Source: Escherichia coli
GTDB lineage: Bacteria; Pseudomonadota; Gammaproteobacteria; Enterobacterales; Enterobacteriaceae
Length of the DNA: 64,000 nucleotides
Reading direction: 5' to 3' (one strand)
Assembly: GCF_003334785.1 (NCBI RefSeq)
Contig: NZ_QOWV01000015.1
The notes beneath the pieces are model-generated. The model ran no database searches and had not been told where the DNA came from. It worked only from the letters and a program-made list of their open reading frames with translations. This document shows, piece by piece, positions 14,060-29,444 of the stretch. The translations under genes were made by a program, and so were the position numbers. How positions within the stretch are numbered: the first letter of the stretch is position 1; each line of letters starts with the position of its first letter.

Positions 14060-14638
14060 ATGAGTGAAAAAAGCATTGTTCAGGAAGCACGGGATATTCA
14101 GCTGGCAATGGAATTGATCACCCTGGGCGCTCGTTTGCAGATGCTGGAAAGCGAAACACAGTTAAGTCGCGGACGCCTGATAAAACTTTATAAAGAACTG
14201 CGCGGAAGCCCACCGCCGAAAGGCATGCTGCCATTCTCAACCGACTGGTTTATGACCTGGGAACAAAACGTTCATGCTTCGATGTTCTGTAATGCATGGC
14301 AGTTTTTACTGAAAACCGGTTTGTGTGATGGCGTCGATGCGGTGATCAAAGCCTACCGTTTATACCTTGAACAGTGCCCACAAGCAGAAGAAGGACCACT
14401 GCTGGCATTAACCCGTGCCTGGACATTGGTGCGGTTTGTTGAAAGTGGATTACTGCAACTTTCCAGCTGCAACTGCTGCGGCGGCAATTTTATTACCCAC
14501 GCTCACCAGCCTGTTGGCAGCTTTGCCTGCAGCTTATGTCAACCGCCATCCCGGGCAGTAAAAAGACGTAAACTTTCCCAGAATCCTGCCGATATTATCC
14601 CACAACTGCTGGATGAACAGAGAGTACAGGCTGTTTAA
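14060..14638 (+). CDS. flhC: Flagellar master regulator subunit FlhC
   Basis: 192-aa ORF with the Cys cluster (CNCCGG...CSLC) typical of FlhC. Confidence 0.96.
   Translation: MSEKSIVQEARDIQLAMELITLGARLQMLESETQLSRGRLIKLYKELRGSPPPKGMLPFSTDWFMTWEQNVHASMFCNAWQFLLKTGLCDGVDAVIKAYRLYLEQCPQAEEGPLLALTRAWTLVRFVESGLLQLSSCNCCGGNFITHAHQPVGSFACSLCQPPSRAVKRRKLSQNPADIIPQLLDEQRVQAV
14569..14595 (+). promoter_or_regulatory. Sigma-28 (FliA) class III promoter for motA operon / MotR leader
   Basis: TAAACTTT-N11-GCCGATAT closely matches the FliA consensus TAAAGTTT-N11-GCCGATAA; lies inside the flhC 3' end. Confidence 0.65.
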
Positions 14639-14662
14639 CTGATACGGTGTGGTGCAACATTC

Positions 14663-14697
14663 CAGCAGCGGTAACGACGTACCGCTGCTTTTTTTTG
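14663..14697 (+). terminator. Hairpin terminator after flhC, in the motA 5' leader
   Basis: cagcagcggtaacgacgtaccgctgc followed by a T8 run. Confidence 0.7.
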
Positions 14698-14764
14698 CCC
14701 CAATCGCGCGTTAACGCCTGACGACTGAACATCCTGTCATGGTCAACAGTGGAAGGATGATGTC

Positions 14765-15648
14765 GTGCTTATCTTATTAGGTTACCTGGTTGTTCTCGGT
14801 ACAGTTTTCGGCGGTTATTTGATGACCGGTGGAAGCCTTGGAGCACTCTATCAACCCGCTGAACTGGTGATTATTGCCGGTGCAGGGATTGGGTCGTTTA
14901 TCGTCGGCAATAATGGCAAAGCGATTAAAGGCACGCTGAAGGCGCTGCCGTTGCTGTTTCGTCGCTCCAAATACACCAAAGCAATGTATATGGATCTGCT
15001 GGCTCTGCTTTATCGGTTGATGGCGAAATCGCGGCAGATGGGGATGTTTTCGCTGGAACGTGATATTGAAAATCCCCGTGAGAGCGAGATCTTCGCCAGC
15101 TACCCACGCATTCTCGCGGATAGCGTCATGCTTGATTTTATCGTCGATTATCTGCGCCTGATTATCAGCGGTCACATGAACACCTTCGAAATCGAAGCCC
15201 TGATGGATGAAGAGATTGAGACGCACGCAAGCGAGGCAGAAGTCCCGGCGAACAGTCTGGCGCTGGTCGGGGACTCACTTCCGGCGTTTGGTATTGTCGC
15301 GGCTGTAATGGGGGTCGTTCACGCGTTAGGTTCAGCCGATCGTCCTGCCGCCGAGCTGGGGGCGCTTATCGCACATGCGATGGTGGGGACTTTCCTCGGC
15401 ATTTTATTGGCTTACGGATTTATTTCCCCATTAGCGAGTGTTTTACGTCAGAAAAGCGCCGAAACCAGCAAAATGATGCAGTGCGTCAAAGTCACTCTGC
15501 TTTCTAATCTGAACGGTTACGCACCGCCTATCGCCGTTGAGTTTGGTCGCAAAACGCTCTATTCCAGCGAACGTCCGTCGTTTATTGAACTGGAAGAGCA
15601 TGTGCGTGCGGTGAAAAATCCGCAACAACAGACGACAACCGAGGAAGC

Positions 15649-15652
<4 letters not shown>
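14765..15652 (+). CDS. motA: Flagellar motor stator protein MotA
   Basis: GTG start; [20 protein letters not shown]... 295 aa. Confidence 0.96.
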
Positions 15653-18544
<2,892 letters not shown>

Positions 18545-18564
18545 ATGAGTAAAAAGGTAACAAT

Positions 18565-19068
18565 ATGACCGGTATGACGAATGTAACAAAGCTGGCCAGC
18601 GAGCCGTCAGGCCAGGAATTTCTGGTATTTACCCTTGGTGATGAAGAGTACGGTATTGATATCCTGAAAGTGCAGGAGATCCGTGGCTACGATCAGGTAA
18701 CACGGATTGCGAACACGCCAGCGTTTATCAAAGGCGTCACGAATCTGCGCGGCGTTATTGTGCCGATTGTTGACTTACGAATTAAGTTCAGCCAGGTGGA
18801 TGTGGACTATAACGACAACACGGTAGTTATCGTCCTGAATCTCGGACAGCGGGTGGTCGGCATCGTGGTTGACGGCGTCTCAGACGTGCTTTCATTGACG
18901 GCGGAGCAAATTCGTCCGGCACCGGAATTTGCCGTGACGCTTTCAACAGAATATCTCACTGGACTGGGCGCACTGGGCGACCGGATGTTGATTCTGGTGA
19001 ACATCGAAAAACTGCTGAACAGCGAAGAGATGGCGCTGTTAGATAGCGCGGCGTCAGAAGTGGCGTAA
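18565..19068 (+). CDS. cheW: Chemotaxis coupling protein CheW
   Basis: 167-aa ORF recognised as CheW. Confidence 0.96.
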
Positions 19069-19095
19069 TTCTCCCGATTTCCTCAATTGAAATGA

Positions 19096-19125
19096 ACCCG
19101 ATGATCTGCGCATCGGGTTTTTTAT
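19096..19125 (+). terminator. Rho-independent terminator after cheW
   Basis: Hairpin cccgatg-atctgcg-catcggg followed by a T-run. Confidence 0.7.
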
Positions 19126-19154
19126 TTCAATTTCGCGGCGGGTGGCATCAGCAA

Positions 19155-19181
19155 TAAAGTTTCCCCCCTTCTTGCCGATAA
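19155..19181 (+). promoter_or_regulatory. Sigma-28 (FliA) promoter of the tar-tap-cheRBYZ operon
   Basis: TAAAGTTT-N11-GCCGATAA, an exact consensus match, 32 bp upstream of the tar start. Confidence 0.85.
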
Positions 19182-19212
19182 CGAGATCAACTTGTTTTCA
19201 GGAAGGTGCCTT

Positions 19213-20874
19213 ATGATTAACCGTATCCGCGTAGTCACGCTGTTGGTAATGGTGCTGGGGGTATTCGCACTGTTACAGCTTATTTCCGGCAGTCTGTTTT
19301 TTTCTTCCCTTCACCATAGCCAGAAGAGTTTTGTGGTTTCCAATCAATTACGGGAACAGCAGGGCGAGCTGACGTCAACCTGGGATTTAATGCTGCAAAC
19401 GCGCATTAACCTGAGTCGTTCAGCGGTGCGGATGATGATGGATTCCTCCAATCAACAAAGTAACGCCAAAGTTGAATTGCTCGATAGCGCCAGGAAAACA
19501 TTGGCGCAGGCAGCGACGCATTATAAAAAATTCAAAAGAATGGCACCGTTACCTGAAATGGTCGCTACCAGTCGTAATATTGATGAAAAATATAAAAACT
19601 ATTACACAGCGTTAACTGAACTGATTGATTATCTAGATTATGGCAATACTGGAGCTTATTTCGCTCAGCCAACCCAGGGAATGCAAAATGCAATGGGCGA
19701 AGCGTTTGCTCAGTACGCCCTCAGCAGTGAAAAACTGTATCGCGATATCGTCACTGACAACGCAGATGATTACCGATTTGCCCAGTGGCAACTGGCGGTT
19801 ATCGCGCTGGTGGTGGTATTGATTCTGCTGGTGGCGTGGTACGGCATTCGCCGTATGTTGCTTACTCCGCTGGCAAAAATTATTGCTCACATTCGCGAAA
19901 TCGCCGGTGGTAACCTGGCGAATACCCTGACCATTGACGGGCGCAGTGAAATGGGCGACCTGGCGCAGAGCGTTTCACATATGCAACGCTCTTTGACTGA
20001 CACCGTCACTCATGTCCGCGAAGGTTCAGATGCCATCTATGCCGGTACCCGTGAAATTGCGGCGGGCAACACCGATCTTTCCTCCCGTACTGAACAGCAG
20101 GCATCCGCGCTGGAAGAAACTGCCGCCAGCATGGAGCAGCTCACCGCGACAGTGAAGCAAAACGCCGATAACGCCCGCCAGGCCTCGCAACTGGCTCAAA
20201 GTGCCTCCGACACCGCCCAGCACGGCGGCAAAGTGGTGGATGGCGTAGTGAAAACGATGCATGAGATCGCCGATAGTTCGAAGAAAATTGCCGACATTAT
20301 CAGCGTTATCGACGGTATTGCCTTCCAGACTAATATCCTCGCGCTGAATGCCGCGGTTGAAGCCGCGCGTGCGGGTGAACAGGGCCGTGGTTTTGCCGTG
20401 GTGGCGGGTGAAGTGCGTAATCTTGCCAGTCGCAGCGCCCAGGCGGCAAAAGAGATCAAAGCCCTCATTGAAGACTCCGTCGCACGCGTTGATACCGGTT
20501 CGGTGCTGGTCGAAAGCGCCGGGGAAACAATGAACAATATCGTCAATGCTGTCACTCGCGTGACTGACATTATGGGCGAGATTGCATCGGCATCGGATGA
20601 ACAGAGCCGTGGCATCGATCAAGTCGCATTGGCGGTTTCGGAAATGGATCGCGTCACGCAACAGAACGCATCGCTGGTGCAGGAATCAGCTGCCGCCGCC
20701 GCTGCGCTGGAAGAACAGGCGAGTCGTTTAACGCAAGCGGTTTCCGCGTTCCGTCTGGCAGCCAGCCCACTCACCAATAAACCGCAAACACCATCCCGTC
20801 CTGCCAGTGAGCAACCACCGGCACAGCCACGACTGCGAATTGCTGAACAAGATCCAAACTGGGAAACATTTTGA
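19213..20874 (+). CDS. tar: Methyl-accepting chemotaxis protein II Tar (aspartate/maltose)
   Basis: [22 protein letters not shown]... 553 aa, HAMP and MCP signalling domains, C-terminal NWETF pentapeptide. Confidence 0.96.
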   Translation: MINRIRVVTLLVMVLGVFALLQLISGSLFFSSLHHSQKSFVVSNQLREQQGELTSTWDLMLQTRINLSRSAVRMMMDSSNQQSNAKVELLDSARKTLAQAATHYKKFKRMAPLPEMVATSRNIDEKYKNYYTALTELIDYLDYGNTGAYFAQPTQGMQNAMGEAFAQYALSSEKLYRDIVTDNADDYRFAQWQLAVIALVVVLILLVAWYGIRRMLLTPLAKIIAHIREIAGGNLANTLTIDGRSEMGDLAQSVSHMQRSLTDTVTHVREGSDAIYAGTREIAAGNTDLSSRTEQQASALEETAASMEQLTATVKQNADNARQASQLAQSASDTAQHGGKVVDGVVKTMHEIADSSKKIADIISVIDGIAFQTNILALNAAVEAARAGEQGRGFAVVAGEVRNLASRSAQAAKEIKALIEDSVARVDTGSVLVESAGETMNNIVNAVTRVTDIMGEIASASDEQSRGIDQVALAVSEMDRVTQQNASLVQESAAAAAALEEQASRLTQAVSAFRLAASPLTNKPQTPSRPASEQPPAQPRLRIAEQDPNWETF

Positions 20875-20919
20875 CGAGTATTTACTAACGCGGTCATTGC
20901 CGCCTGATGGGGAGCGTTG

Positions 20920-22521
20920 ATGTTTAATCGTATTCGAATTTCGACCACGCTGTTTTTAATTTTGATTCTCTGCGGGATCTTGCAGATTGGCAGTAACGGC
21001 ATGTCTTTTTGGGCATTTCGCGACGATTTGCAACGACTGAATCAGGTCGAGCAGAGCAATCAGCAACGTGCGGCATTAGCGCAAACTCGGGCGGTAATGT
21101 TACAGGCCAGTACCGCGCTGAACAAAGCGGGCACTCTGACGGCACTTAGCTATCCGGCGGATGACATTAAAACGTTGATGACGACGGCGCGCGCCAGTCT
21201 GACGCAATCCACCACGCTGTTTAAAAGTTTTATGGCGATGACTGCGGGCAACGAGCACGTCAGGGCATTGCAAAAAGAGACGGAGAAAAGTTTTGCCCGC
21301 TGGCACAACGATCTCGAACATCAGGCGACCTGGCTTGAAAGTAATCAACTTTCGGATTTCCTCACTGCGCCGGTGCAGGGATCACAGAATGCGTTTGACG
21401 TTAACTTTGAGGCCTGGCAGCTGGAGATCAACCATGTGCTGGAAGCCGCCAGTGCGCAAAGCCAGCGTAACTATCAGATTTCGGCGCTGGTGTTTATCAG
21501 CATGATTATTGTTGCGGCGATCTACATCAGCAGTGCGCTGTGGTGGACGCGCAAGATGATTGTTCAACCACTGGCCATTATCGGTAGCCATTTTGACAGC
21601 ATTGCTGCGGGTAATCTGGCGCGTCCGATTGCGGTATATGGTCGTAATGAGATTACCGCCATTTTTGCCAGCCTGAAGACCATGCAGCAGGCTTTGCGTG
21701 GGACGGTGAGTGATGTGCGTAAGGGAAGCCAGGAGATGCACATTGGTATCGCGGAGATTGTCGCAGGCAATAACGATCTCTCAAGCCGTACCGAACAGCA
21801 GGCGGCATCGCTGGCACAAACGGCCGCCAGTATGGAGCAATTAACCGCCACGGTAGGGCAAAACGCCGATAACGCACGACAGGCGTCGGAACTGGCAAAA
21901 AATGCCGCGACAACGGCGCAGGCGGGCGGTGTTCAGGTCAGTACCATGACTCACACCATGCAGGAGATCGCCACCAGCTCGCAAAAAATTGGCGACATTA
22001 TCAGCGTTATCGACGGCATTGCTTTCCAGACCAATATTCTGGCCCTGAATGCAGCAGTGGAAGCGGCTCGCGCCGGAGAGCAGGGGCGTGGTTTTGCGGT
22101 AGTGGCAGGTGAAGTGCGCAATCTTGCCAGCCGTAGCGCGCAGGCAGCAAAAGAGATCAAAGGGCTGATCGAAGAGTCAGTCAATCGTGTCCAGCAGGGT
22201 TCGAAACTGGTGAATAACGCCGCCGCGACCATGATCGATATTGTCAGTTCGGTGACCCGCGTGAACGACATTATGGGAGAAATTGCCTCTGCGTCGGAAG
22301 AACAACAGCGGGGGATTGAGCAGGTTGCACAGGCTGTCAGCCAGATGGATCAGGTGACTCAGCAGAACGCCTCGCTGGTAGAAGAAGCGGCGGTGGCAAC
22401 GGAACAACTGGCGAATCAGGCCGACCATCTTTCGTCGCGTGTGGCGGTATTTACCCTTGAAGAACATGAAGTAGCACGACATGAGTCGGCGCAGTTACAA
22501 ATTGCGCCAGTGGTATCCTGA
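20920..22521 (+). CDS. tap: Methyl-accepting chemotaxis protein IV Tap (dipeptide/pyrimidine)
   Basis: MFNRIRISTTLFLILILCG... 533 aa; lacks the NWETF tail, as expected for Tap. Confidence 0.95.
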   Translation: MFNRIRISTTLFLILILCGILQIGSNGMSFWAFRDDLQRLNQVEQSNQQRAALAQTRAVMLQASTALNKAGTLTALSYPADDIKTLMTTARASLTQSTTLFKSFMAMTAGNEHVRALQKETEKSFARWHNDLEHQATWLESNQLSDFLTAPVQGSQNAFDVNFEAWQLEINHVLEAASAQSQRNYQISALVFISMIIVAAIYISSALWWTRKMIVQPLAIIGSHFDSIAAGNLARPIAVYGRNEITAIFASLKTMQQALRGTVSDVRKGSQEMHIGIAEIVAGNNDLSSRTEQQAASLAQTAASMEQLTATVGQNADNARQASELAKNAATTAQAGGVQVSTMTHTMQEIATSSQKIGDIISVIDGIAFQTNILALNAAVEAARAGEQGRGFAVVAGEVRNLASRSAQAAKEIKGLIEESVNRVQQGSKLVNNAAATMIDIVSSVTRVNDIMGEIASASEEQQRGIEQVAQAVSQMDQVTQQNASLVEEAAVATEQLANQADHLSSRVAVFTLEEHEVARHESAQLQIAPVVS

Positions 22522-22539
22522 AGTGATTGAGAAGGCGCT

Positions 22540-23400
22540 ATGACTTCATCTCTGCCCTGTGGGCAAACGTCTTTATTGTTACAGATGACCGAGCGCCTGG
22601 CGCTTTCCGACGCGCATTTTCGGCGGATAAGTCAATTGATCTATCAACGAGCCGGGATCGTTCTGGCTGACCATAAACGCGACATGGTTTACAACCGACT
22701 GGTTCGTCGTTTGCGTTCGCTGGGACTGACGGATTTCGGTCATTATCTGAACTTGCTGGAATCTAATCAGCACAGCGGTGAGTGGCAGGCGTTTATCAAT
22801 TCGCTGACCACGAATCTGACGGCATTTTTCCGTGAGGCACACCATTTCCCTCTGCTCGCGGATCACGCACGTCTCCGTTCTGGCGAGTATCGCGTATGGA
22901 GCGCGGCGGCTTCGACCGGCGAAGAGCCATACAGCATTGCGATGACGCTGGCTGACACATTGGGCACCGCGCCCGGACGCTGGAAAGTGTTTGCCAGCGA
23001 TATCGACACCGAAGTGCTGGAAAAAGCCAGAAGCGGTATTTATCGCCATGAAGAGTTGAAAAACCTGACGCCGCAGCAACTGCAACGGTATTTCATGCGA
23101 GGGACGGGACCGCATGAAGGGCTGGTACGCGTGCGTCAGGAGCTGGCGAACTATGTTGATTTTGCCCCGCTGAATCTACTGGCGAAACAGTACACCGTGC
23201 CGGGGCCGTTTGATGCGATCTTCTGTCGTAACGTCATGATCTACTTCGATCAAAATACCCAGCAGGAGATTTTGCGCCGCTTTGTTCCGCTCCTTAAACC
23301 CGACGGATTGCTGTTTGCGGGTCACTCTGAAAACTTTAGCCACCTTGAGCGCCGCTTCACGCTGCGTGGTCAGACGGTGTATGCGCTAAGTAAGGATTAA
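22540..23400 (+). CDS. cheR: Chemotaxis methyltransferase CheR
   Basis: 286-aa ORF recognised as CheR. Confidence 0.96.
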   Translation: MTSSLPCGQTSLLLQMTERLALSDAHFRRISQLIYQRAGIVLADHKRDMVYNRLVRRLRSLGLTDFGHYLNLLESNQHSGEWQAFINSLTTNLTAFFREAHHFPLLADHARLRSGEYRVWSAAASTGEEPYSIAMTLADTLGTAPGRWKVFASDIDTEVLEKARSGIYRHEELKNLTPQQLQRYFMRGTGPHEGLVRVRQELANYVDFAPLNLLAKQYTVPGPFDAIFCRNVMIYFDQNTQQEILRRFVPLLKPDGLLFAGHSENFSHLERRFTLRGQTVYALSKD

Positions 23401-23402
23401 CG

Positions 23403-24856
<1,454 letters not shown>

Positions 24857-24866
24857 GGATGCGACT

Positions 24867-25511
24867 ATGATGCAACCATCAATCAAACCTGCTGACGAGC
24901 ATTCAGCTGGCGATATCATTGCGCGCATCGGCAGCCTGACGCGTATGCTGCGCGACAGTTTGCGGGAACTGGGGCTGGATCAGGCCATTGCCGAAGCGGC
25001 GGAAGCCATCCCCGATGCGCGCGATCGTTTGTACTATGTTGTGCAGATGACCGCCCAGGCTGCGGAGCGGGCGCTGAACAGTGTTGAGGCGTCACAACCG
25101 CATCAGGATCAAATGGAGAAATCAGCAAAAGCGTTAACCCAACGTTGGGATGACTGGTTTGCCGATCCGATTGACCTTGCCGACGCCCGTGAACTGGTAA
25201 CAGATACACGACAATTTCTGGCAGATGTACCCGCGCATACCAGCTTTACTAACGCGCAACTGCTGGAAATCATGATGGCGCAGGATTTTCAGGATCTCAC
25301 CGGGCAGGTCATTAAGCGGATGATGGATGTCATTCAGGAGATCGAACGCCAGTTGCTGATGGTGCTGTTGGAAAACATCCCGGAACAGGAGTCGCGTCCA
25401 AAACGTGAAAATCAGAGTTTGCTTAATGGACCTCAGGTCGATACCAGCAAAGCCGGTGTGGTAGCCAGTCAGGATCAGGTGGACGATTTGTTGGATAGTC
25501 TTGGATTTTGA
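24867..25511 (+). CDS. cheZ: CheY-P phosphatase CheZ
   Basis: [22 protein letters not shown]... 214 aa from the internal ATG of a 224-aa ORF. Confidence 0.95.
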
Positions 25512-25519
25512 TTTGTATT

Positions 25520-25600
25520 GCCTGATGTGGCGTGACCACGTCATATCAGGCGGTCTGATAAGGCGATGACGCCGCATCCGACAAACGCACACTATGCTTG
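25520..25600. repeat. REP (repetitive extragenic palindrome) element(s)
   Basis: gcctgatgtggcgtga...ataaggcgatgacgccgcatccgaca is a typical REP palindrome. Confidence 0.6.
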
Positions 25601-25712
25601 ATGTGTGGCAGCAAAAGCCCTAAATCCCACCTGTTTTGCCCCTTACTCAAACCATTGAACGCTTTGCGCTCTGGCATCATTTACGCTTAATACTCTTTCC
25701 AGGATTGGCGAC

Positions 25713-26861
25713 GTGTCTGACGAGAGCGACGACAAAACAGAAGCCCCCACACCTCACCGACTAGAAAAAGCGCGGGAAGAGGGGCAAATCCCGCGTTCCC
25801 GTGAACTGACTTCACTGCTGATTTTGCTGGTGGGCGTTAGTGTTATCTGGTTTGGCGGTGTGTCGCTGGCCCGTCGATTGTCGGGCATGCTCTCCGCTGG
25901 GCTGCATTTTGATCACAGTATTATCAATGACCCGAATCTGATCCTCGGGCAGATTATTCTGCTGATCAGAGAAGCCATGCTGGCGCTGCTACCGCTGATT
26001 AGCGGCGTGGTGCTGGTGGCGCTCATTTCTCCGGTTATGCTGGGGGGGCTGGTATTTAGCGGAAAATCCTTGCAGCCGAAGTTTTCCAAACTCAACCCGC
26101 TACCGGGCATAAAACGGATGTTCTCGGCTCAGACTGGCGCGGAGTTGCTTAAGGCAATTTTGAAAACCATCCTGGTTGGTAGCGTGACGGGGTTTTTTCT
26201 CTGGCATCACTGGCCGCAGATGATGCGCTTAATGGCCGAGTCTCCGATTACCGCCATGGGTAATGCGATGGATTTGGTAGGGCTATGCGCACTGCTGGTG
26301 GTGCTTGGTGTCATTCCAATGGTGGGATTTGACGTCTTTTTCCAAATCTTCAGCCACCTGAAAAAGCTGCGAATGTCGCGGCAGGATATTCGTGATGAGT
26401 TCAAACAAAGCGAAGGCGACCCCCATGTTAAAGGACGGATCCGTCAGATGCAGCGAGCTGCCGCACGGCGTCGGATGATGGCCGATGTGCCGAAAGCGGA
26501 TGTCATTGTCAATAACCCGACCCACTATTCGGTAGCGTTGCAGTATGACGAAAACAAAATGAGCGCACCGAAAGTGGTCGCTAAAGGTGCAGGGCTGGTC
26601 GCGCTGCGCATTCGTGAAATCGGCGCTGAAAATAACGTCCCGACGCTTGAAGCGCCGCCGCTGGCGCGAGCGCTGTATCGACATGCGGAGATTGGTCAAC
26701 AAATCCCGGGTCAACTGTACGCCGCGGTGGCGGAAGTGCTGGCCTGGGTCTGGCAACTGAAACGCTGGCGTCTGGCTGGTGGACAGCGTCCTGTACAACC
26801 TACTCATCTTCCGGTGCCGGAAGCCCTGGATTTTATTAACGAGAAACCGACCCATGAGTAA
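25713..26861 (+). CDS. flhB: Flagellar export apparatus protein FlhB
   Basis: GTG start; MSDESDDKTEAPTPHRLEKAREEGQIPRSRE... 382 aa with NPTH autocleavage motif. Confidence 0.96.
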   Translation: MSDESDDKTEAPTPHRLEKAREEGQIPRSRELTSLLILLVGVSVIWFGGVSLARRLSGMLSAGLHFDHSIINDPNLILGQIILLIREAMLALLPLISGVVLVALISPVMLGGLVFSGKSLQPKFSKLNPLPGIKRMFSAQTGAELLKAILKTILVGSVTGFFLWHHWPQMMRLMAESPITAMGNAMDLVGLCALLVVLGVIPMVGFDVFFQIFSHLKKLRMSRQDIRDEFKQSEGDPHVKGRIRQMQRAAARRRMMADVPKADVIVNNPTHYSVALQYDENKMSAPKVVAKGAGLVALRIREIGAENNVPTLEAPPLARALYRHAEIGQQIPGQLYAAVAEVLAWVWQLKRWRLAGGQRPVQPTHLPVPEALDFINEKPTHE

Positions 26862-28932
26862 TCTGGCCGCGATGCTGCGCCTGCCCGCAAACCTGAAATC
26901 GACACAATGGCAGATCCTTGCCGGACCGATTTTGATCCTGTTGATCTTGTCGATGATGGTGCTGCCACTGCCCGCATTCATACTCGACCTGTTGTTTACC
27001 TTCAATATTGCCTTGTCGATCATGGTGTTGCTGGTGGCGATGTTTACCCAGCGCACGCTTGAGTTTGCTGCGTTTCCGACCATTTTGTTGTTTACCACGC
27101 TGTTGCGTCTGGCACTTAACGTGGCTTCAACCCGTATCATTTTAATGGAAGGGCATACCGGCGCAGCGGCGGCAGGGAAGGTGGTTGAAGCGTTCGGTCA
27201 CTTCCTCGTTGGTGGCAATTTCGCTATCGGTATCGTGGTGTTTGTCATTCTCGTGATCATCAACTTTATGGTCATTACCAAAGGTGCCGGGCGTATCGCA
27301 GAAGTGGGTGCGCGCTTTGTTCTCGATGGTATGCCGGGTAAGCAGATGGCGATTGACGCCGACCTTAACGCCGGATTGATTGGTGAAGATGAGGCGAAAA
27401 AACGCCGCTCCGAAGTCACTCAGGAAGCCGATTTTTACGGCTCAATGGACGGGGCAAGTAAGTTTGTTCGCGGCGATGCCATCGCCGGGATCCTCATCAT
27501 GGTCATTAACGTTGTCGGCGGGTTGCTGGTCGGCGTGCTGCAACATGGCATGAGCATGGGACACGCGGCGGAAAGTTATACGCTATTGACCATTGGCGAC
27601 GGTCTGGTGGCACAAATTCCGGCGCTGGTGATTTCTACCGCCGCGGGGGTCATCGTTACGCGTGTCAGCACCGATCAGGATGTTGGCGAGCAGATGGTGA
27701 ATCAGCTTTTCAGTAACCCAAGCGTTATGTTGTTAAGCGCCGCCGTGCTCGGTTTGCTCGGCCTGGTGCCTGGAATGCCGAACCTGGTATTTTTGCTGTT
27801 CACGGCGGGATTGCTCGGGCTGGCCTGGTGGATACGCGGGCGCGAACAAAAAGCGCCTGCCGAACCCAAACCGGTAAAAATGGCAGAAAATAATGCTGTA
27901 GTCGAAGCAACGTGGAATGATGTGCAGCTGGAAGATTCCCTGGGAATGGAAGTAGGCTATCGGCTGATCCCGATGGTCGATTTCCAGCAGGATGGTGAGT
28001 TGTTGGGCCGTATACGCAGTATCCGCAAGAAATTTGCCCAGGAGATGGGATTTCTGCCGCCAGTGGTGCACATTCGCGACAATATGGATCTGCAACCTGC
28101 CCGCTATCGCATTTTGATGAAAGGCGTGGAGATAGGCAGTGGTGATGCTTATCCGGGGCGCTGGCTGGCGATTAACCCTGGAACCGCTGCCGGGACGTTA
28201 CCTGGTGAGGCGACCATCGATCCGGCATTTGGCCTGAATGCTATCTGGATTGAAAGTGCGCTAAAAGAACAGGCGCAGATTCAGGGGTACACCGTGGTTG
28301 AGGCCAGCACGGTGGTGGCAACGCATCTTAACCACCTCATTAGCCAGCATGCCGCAGAGCTGTTTGGTCGTCAGGAGGCGCAACAGCTGTTGGATCGCGT
28401 CGCCCAGGAGATGCCAAAGCTGACGGAAGATCTCGTTCCTGGCGTCGTCACGCTCACCACACTGCATAAAGTGCTGCAAAATCTCCTCGATGAAAAAGTA
28501 CCGATTCGCGATATGCGCACCATTCTCGAAACGCTGGCGGAACATGCGCCCATCCAAAGCGATCCACATGAATTAACCGCCGTCGTGCGCGTGGCGTTGG
28601 GACGGGCGATTACCCAGCAGTGGTTTCCTGGCAAAGATGAAGTCCATGTTATTGGCCTCGATACACCGCTGGAACGTTTGTTACTACAGGCGCTGCAGGG
28701 CGGGGGAGGACTGGAGCCAGGGCTGGCGGATCGTTTACTGGCGCAAACTCAGGAAGCGCTATCCCGTCAGGAGATGCTGGGTGCGCCGCCAGTATTGTTG
28801 GTGAACCACGCGCTGCGACCATTATTGTCTCGCTTCCTGCGCCGCAGCTTGCCGCAGTTAGTGGTCCTGTCGAATCTGGAACTGTCTGATAACCGACATA
28901 TCCGCATGACGGCGATAATTGGCGGCAAATAA
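26854..28932 (+). CDS. flhA: Flagellar export apparatus protein FlhA
   Basis: MSNLAAMLRLPANLKSTQWQILAGPIL... 692 aa, overlapping the flhB stop. Confidence 0.96.
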   Translation: MSNLAAMLRLPANLKSTQWQILAGPILILLILSMMVLPLPAFILDLLFTFNIALSIMVLLVAMFTQRTLEFAAFPTILLFTTLLRLALNVASTRIILMEGHTGAAAAGKVVEAFGHFLVGGNFAIGIVVFVILVIINFMVITKGAGRIAEVGARFVLDGMPGKQMAIDADLNAGLIGEDEAKKRRSEVTQEADFYGSMDGASKFVRGDAIAGILIMVINVVGGLLVGVLQHGMSMGHAAESYTLLTIGDGLVAQIPALVISTAAGVIVTRVSTDQDVGEQMVNQLFSNPSVMLLSAAVLGLLGLVPGMPNLVFLLFTAGLLGLAWWIRGREQKAPAEPKPVKMAENNAVVEATWNDVQLEDSLGMEVGYRLIPMVDFQQDGELLGRIRSIRKKFAQEMGFLPPVVHIRDNMDLQPARYRILMKGVEIGSGDAYPGRWLAINPGTAAGTLPGEATIDPAFGLNAIWIESALKEQAQIQGYTVVEASTVVATHLNHLISQHAAELFGRQEAQQLLDRVAQEMPKLTEDLVPGVVTLTTLHKVLQNLLDEKVPIRDMRTILETLAEHAPIQSDPHELTAVVRVALGRAITQQWFPGKDEVHVIGLDTPLERLLLQALQGGGGLEPGLADRLLAQTQEALSRQEMLGAPPVLLVNHALRPLLSRFLRRSLPQLVVLSNLELSDNRHIRMTAIIGGK

Positions 28933-29324
28933 TGAGAACCTTATTAGCAATATTATTGTTTCCGCTGCTGGTGCAAGCCGCCGGGGAGGGGATGTGGCAG
29001 GCAAGTAGTGTAGGAATTACGCTAAATCATCGCGGTGAGTCGATGTCGTCTGCGCCTCTTTCTACGCGACAACCTGCTTCAGGATTGATGACGCTGGTAG
29101 CGTGGCGTTATCAGCTTATCGGCCCGACACCTTCAGGACTGCGGGTTCGCTTGTGTTCGCAATCTCGTTGTGTCGAATTAGAGGGGCAGAGCGGAACCAC
29201 CGTGGCCTTTTCCGGTATAGCGGCAGCAGAACCGTTGCGATTTATCTGGGAAGTGCCTGGCGGTGGGCGGTTAATTCCGTCGCTGAAAGTACAACGTAAT
29301 GAAGTGATTGTGAATTATCGCTGA
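28932..29324 (+). CDS. flhE: Flagellar protein FlhE
   Basis: 130-aa secreted ORF overlapping the flhA stop. Confidence 0.94.
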   Translation: MRTLLAILLFPLLVQAAGEGMWQASSVGITLNHRGESMSSAPLSTRQPASGLMTLVAWRYQLIGPTPSGLRVRLCSQSRCVELEGQSGTTVAFSGIAAAEPLRFIWEVPGGGRLIPSLKVQRNEVIVNYR

Positions 29325-29382
29325 AGGACAAAAAAAATTACGCGCTCGCGAGTATGTTTAATAACTCAGTGAAAAAGGCTGG

Positions 29383-29429
29383 ATGTTTTGTTGCAATCAT
29401 TTATCAGGAATAGATTGCAACAAAACATG
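29383..29429. terminator. Perfect 16-bp inverted repeat (probable bidirectional terminator) between flhE and yecT
   Basis: atgttttgttgcaatc ... gattgcaacaaaacat with a 15-nt loop between convergent genes. Confidence 0.55.
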
Positions 29430-29444
29430 CCAAAAATATGTGAA

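Noticed and set aside
20026-20661. 211-aa and 139-aa minus-strand ORFs within tar (and similar ones at 21951-22271 within tap)
   Set aside because: Antisense frames of the MCP signalling domain; their mutual similarity only reflects tar/tap paralogy.
20281-22143. Apparent internal repeat between 20281-20460 and 21964-22143
   Set aside because: It is the conserved cytoplasmic signalling domain of the adjacent paralogues tar and tap; DNA identity is only partial (longest identical run ~23 nt), so it is not a mobile or tandem repeat.
26283-27140. 285-aa ORF on the minus strand
   Set aside because: Antisense to the flhB/flhA junction; no support.
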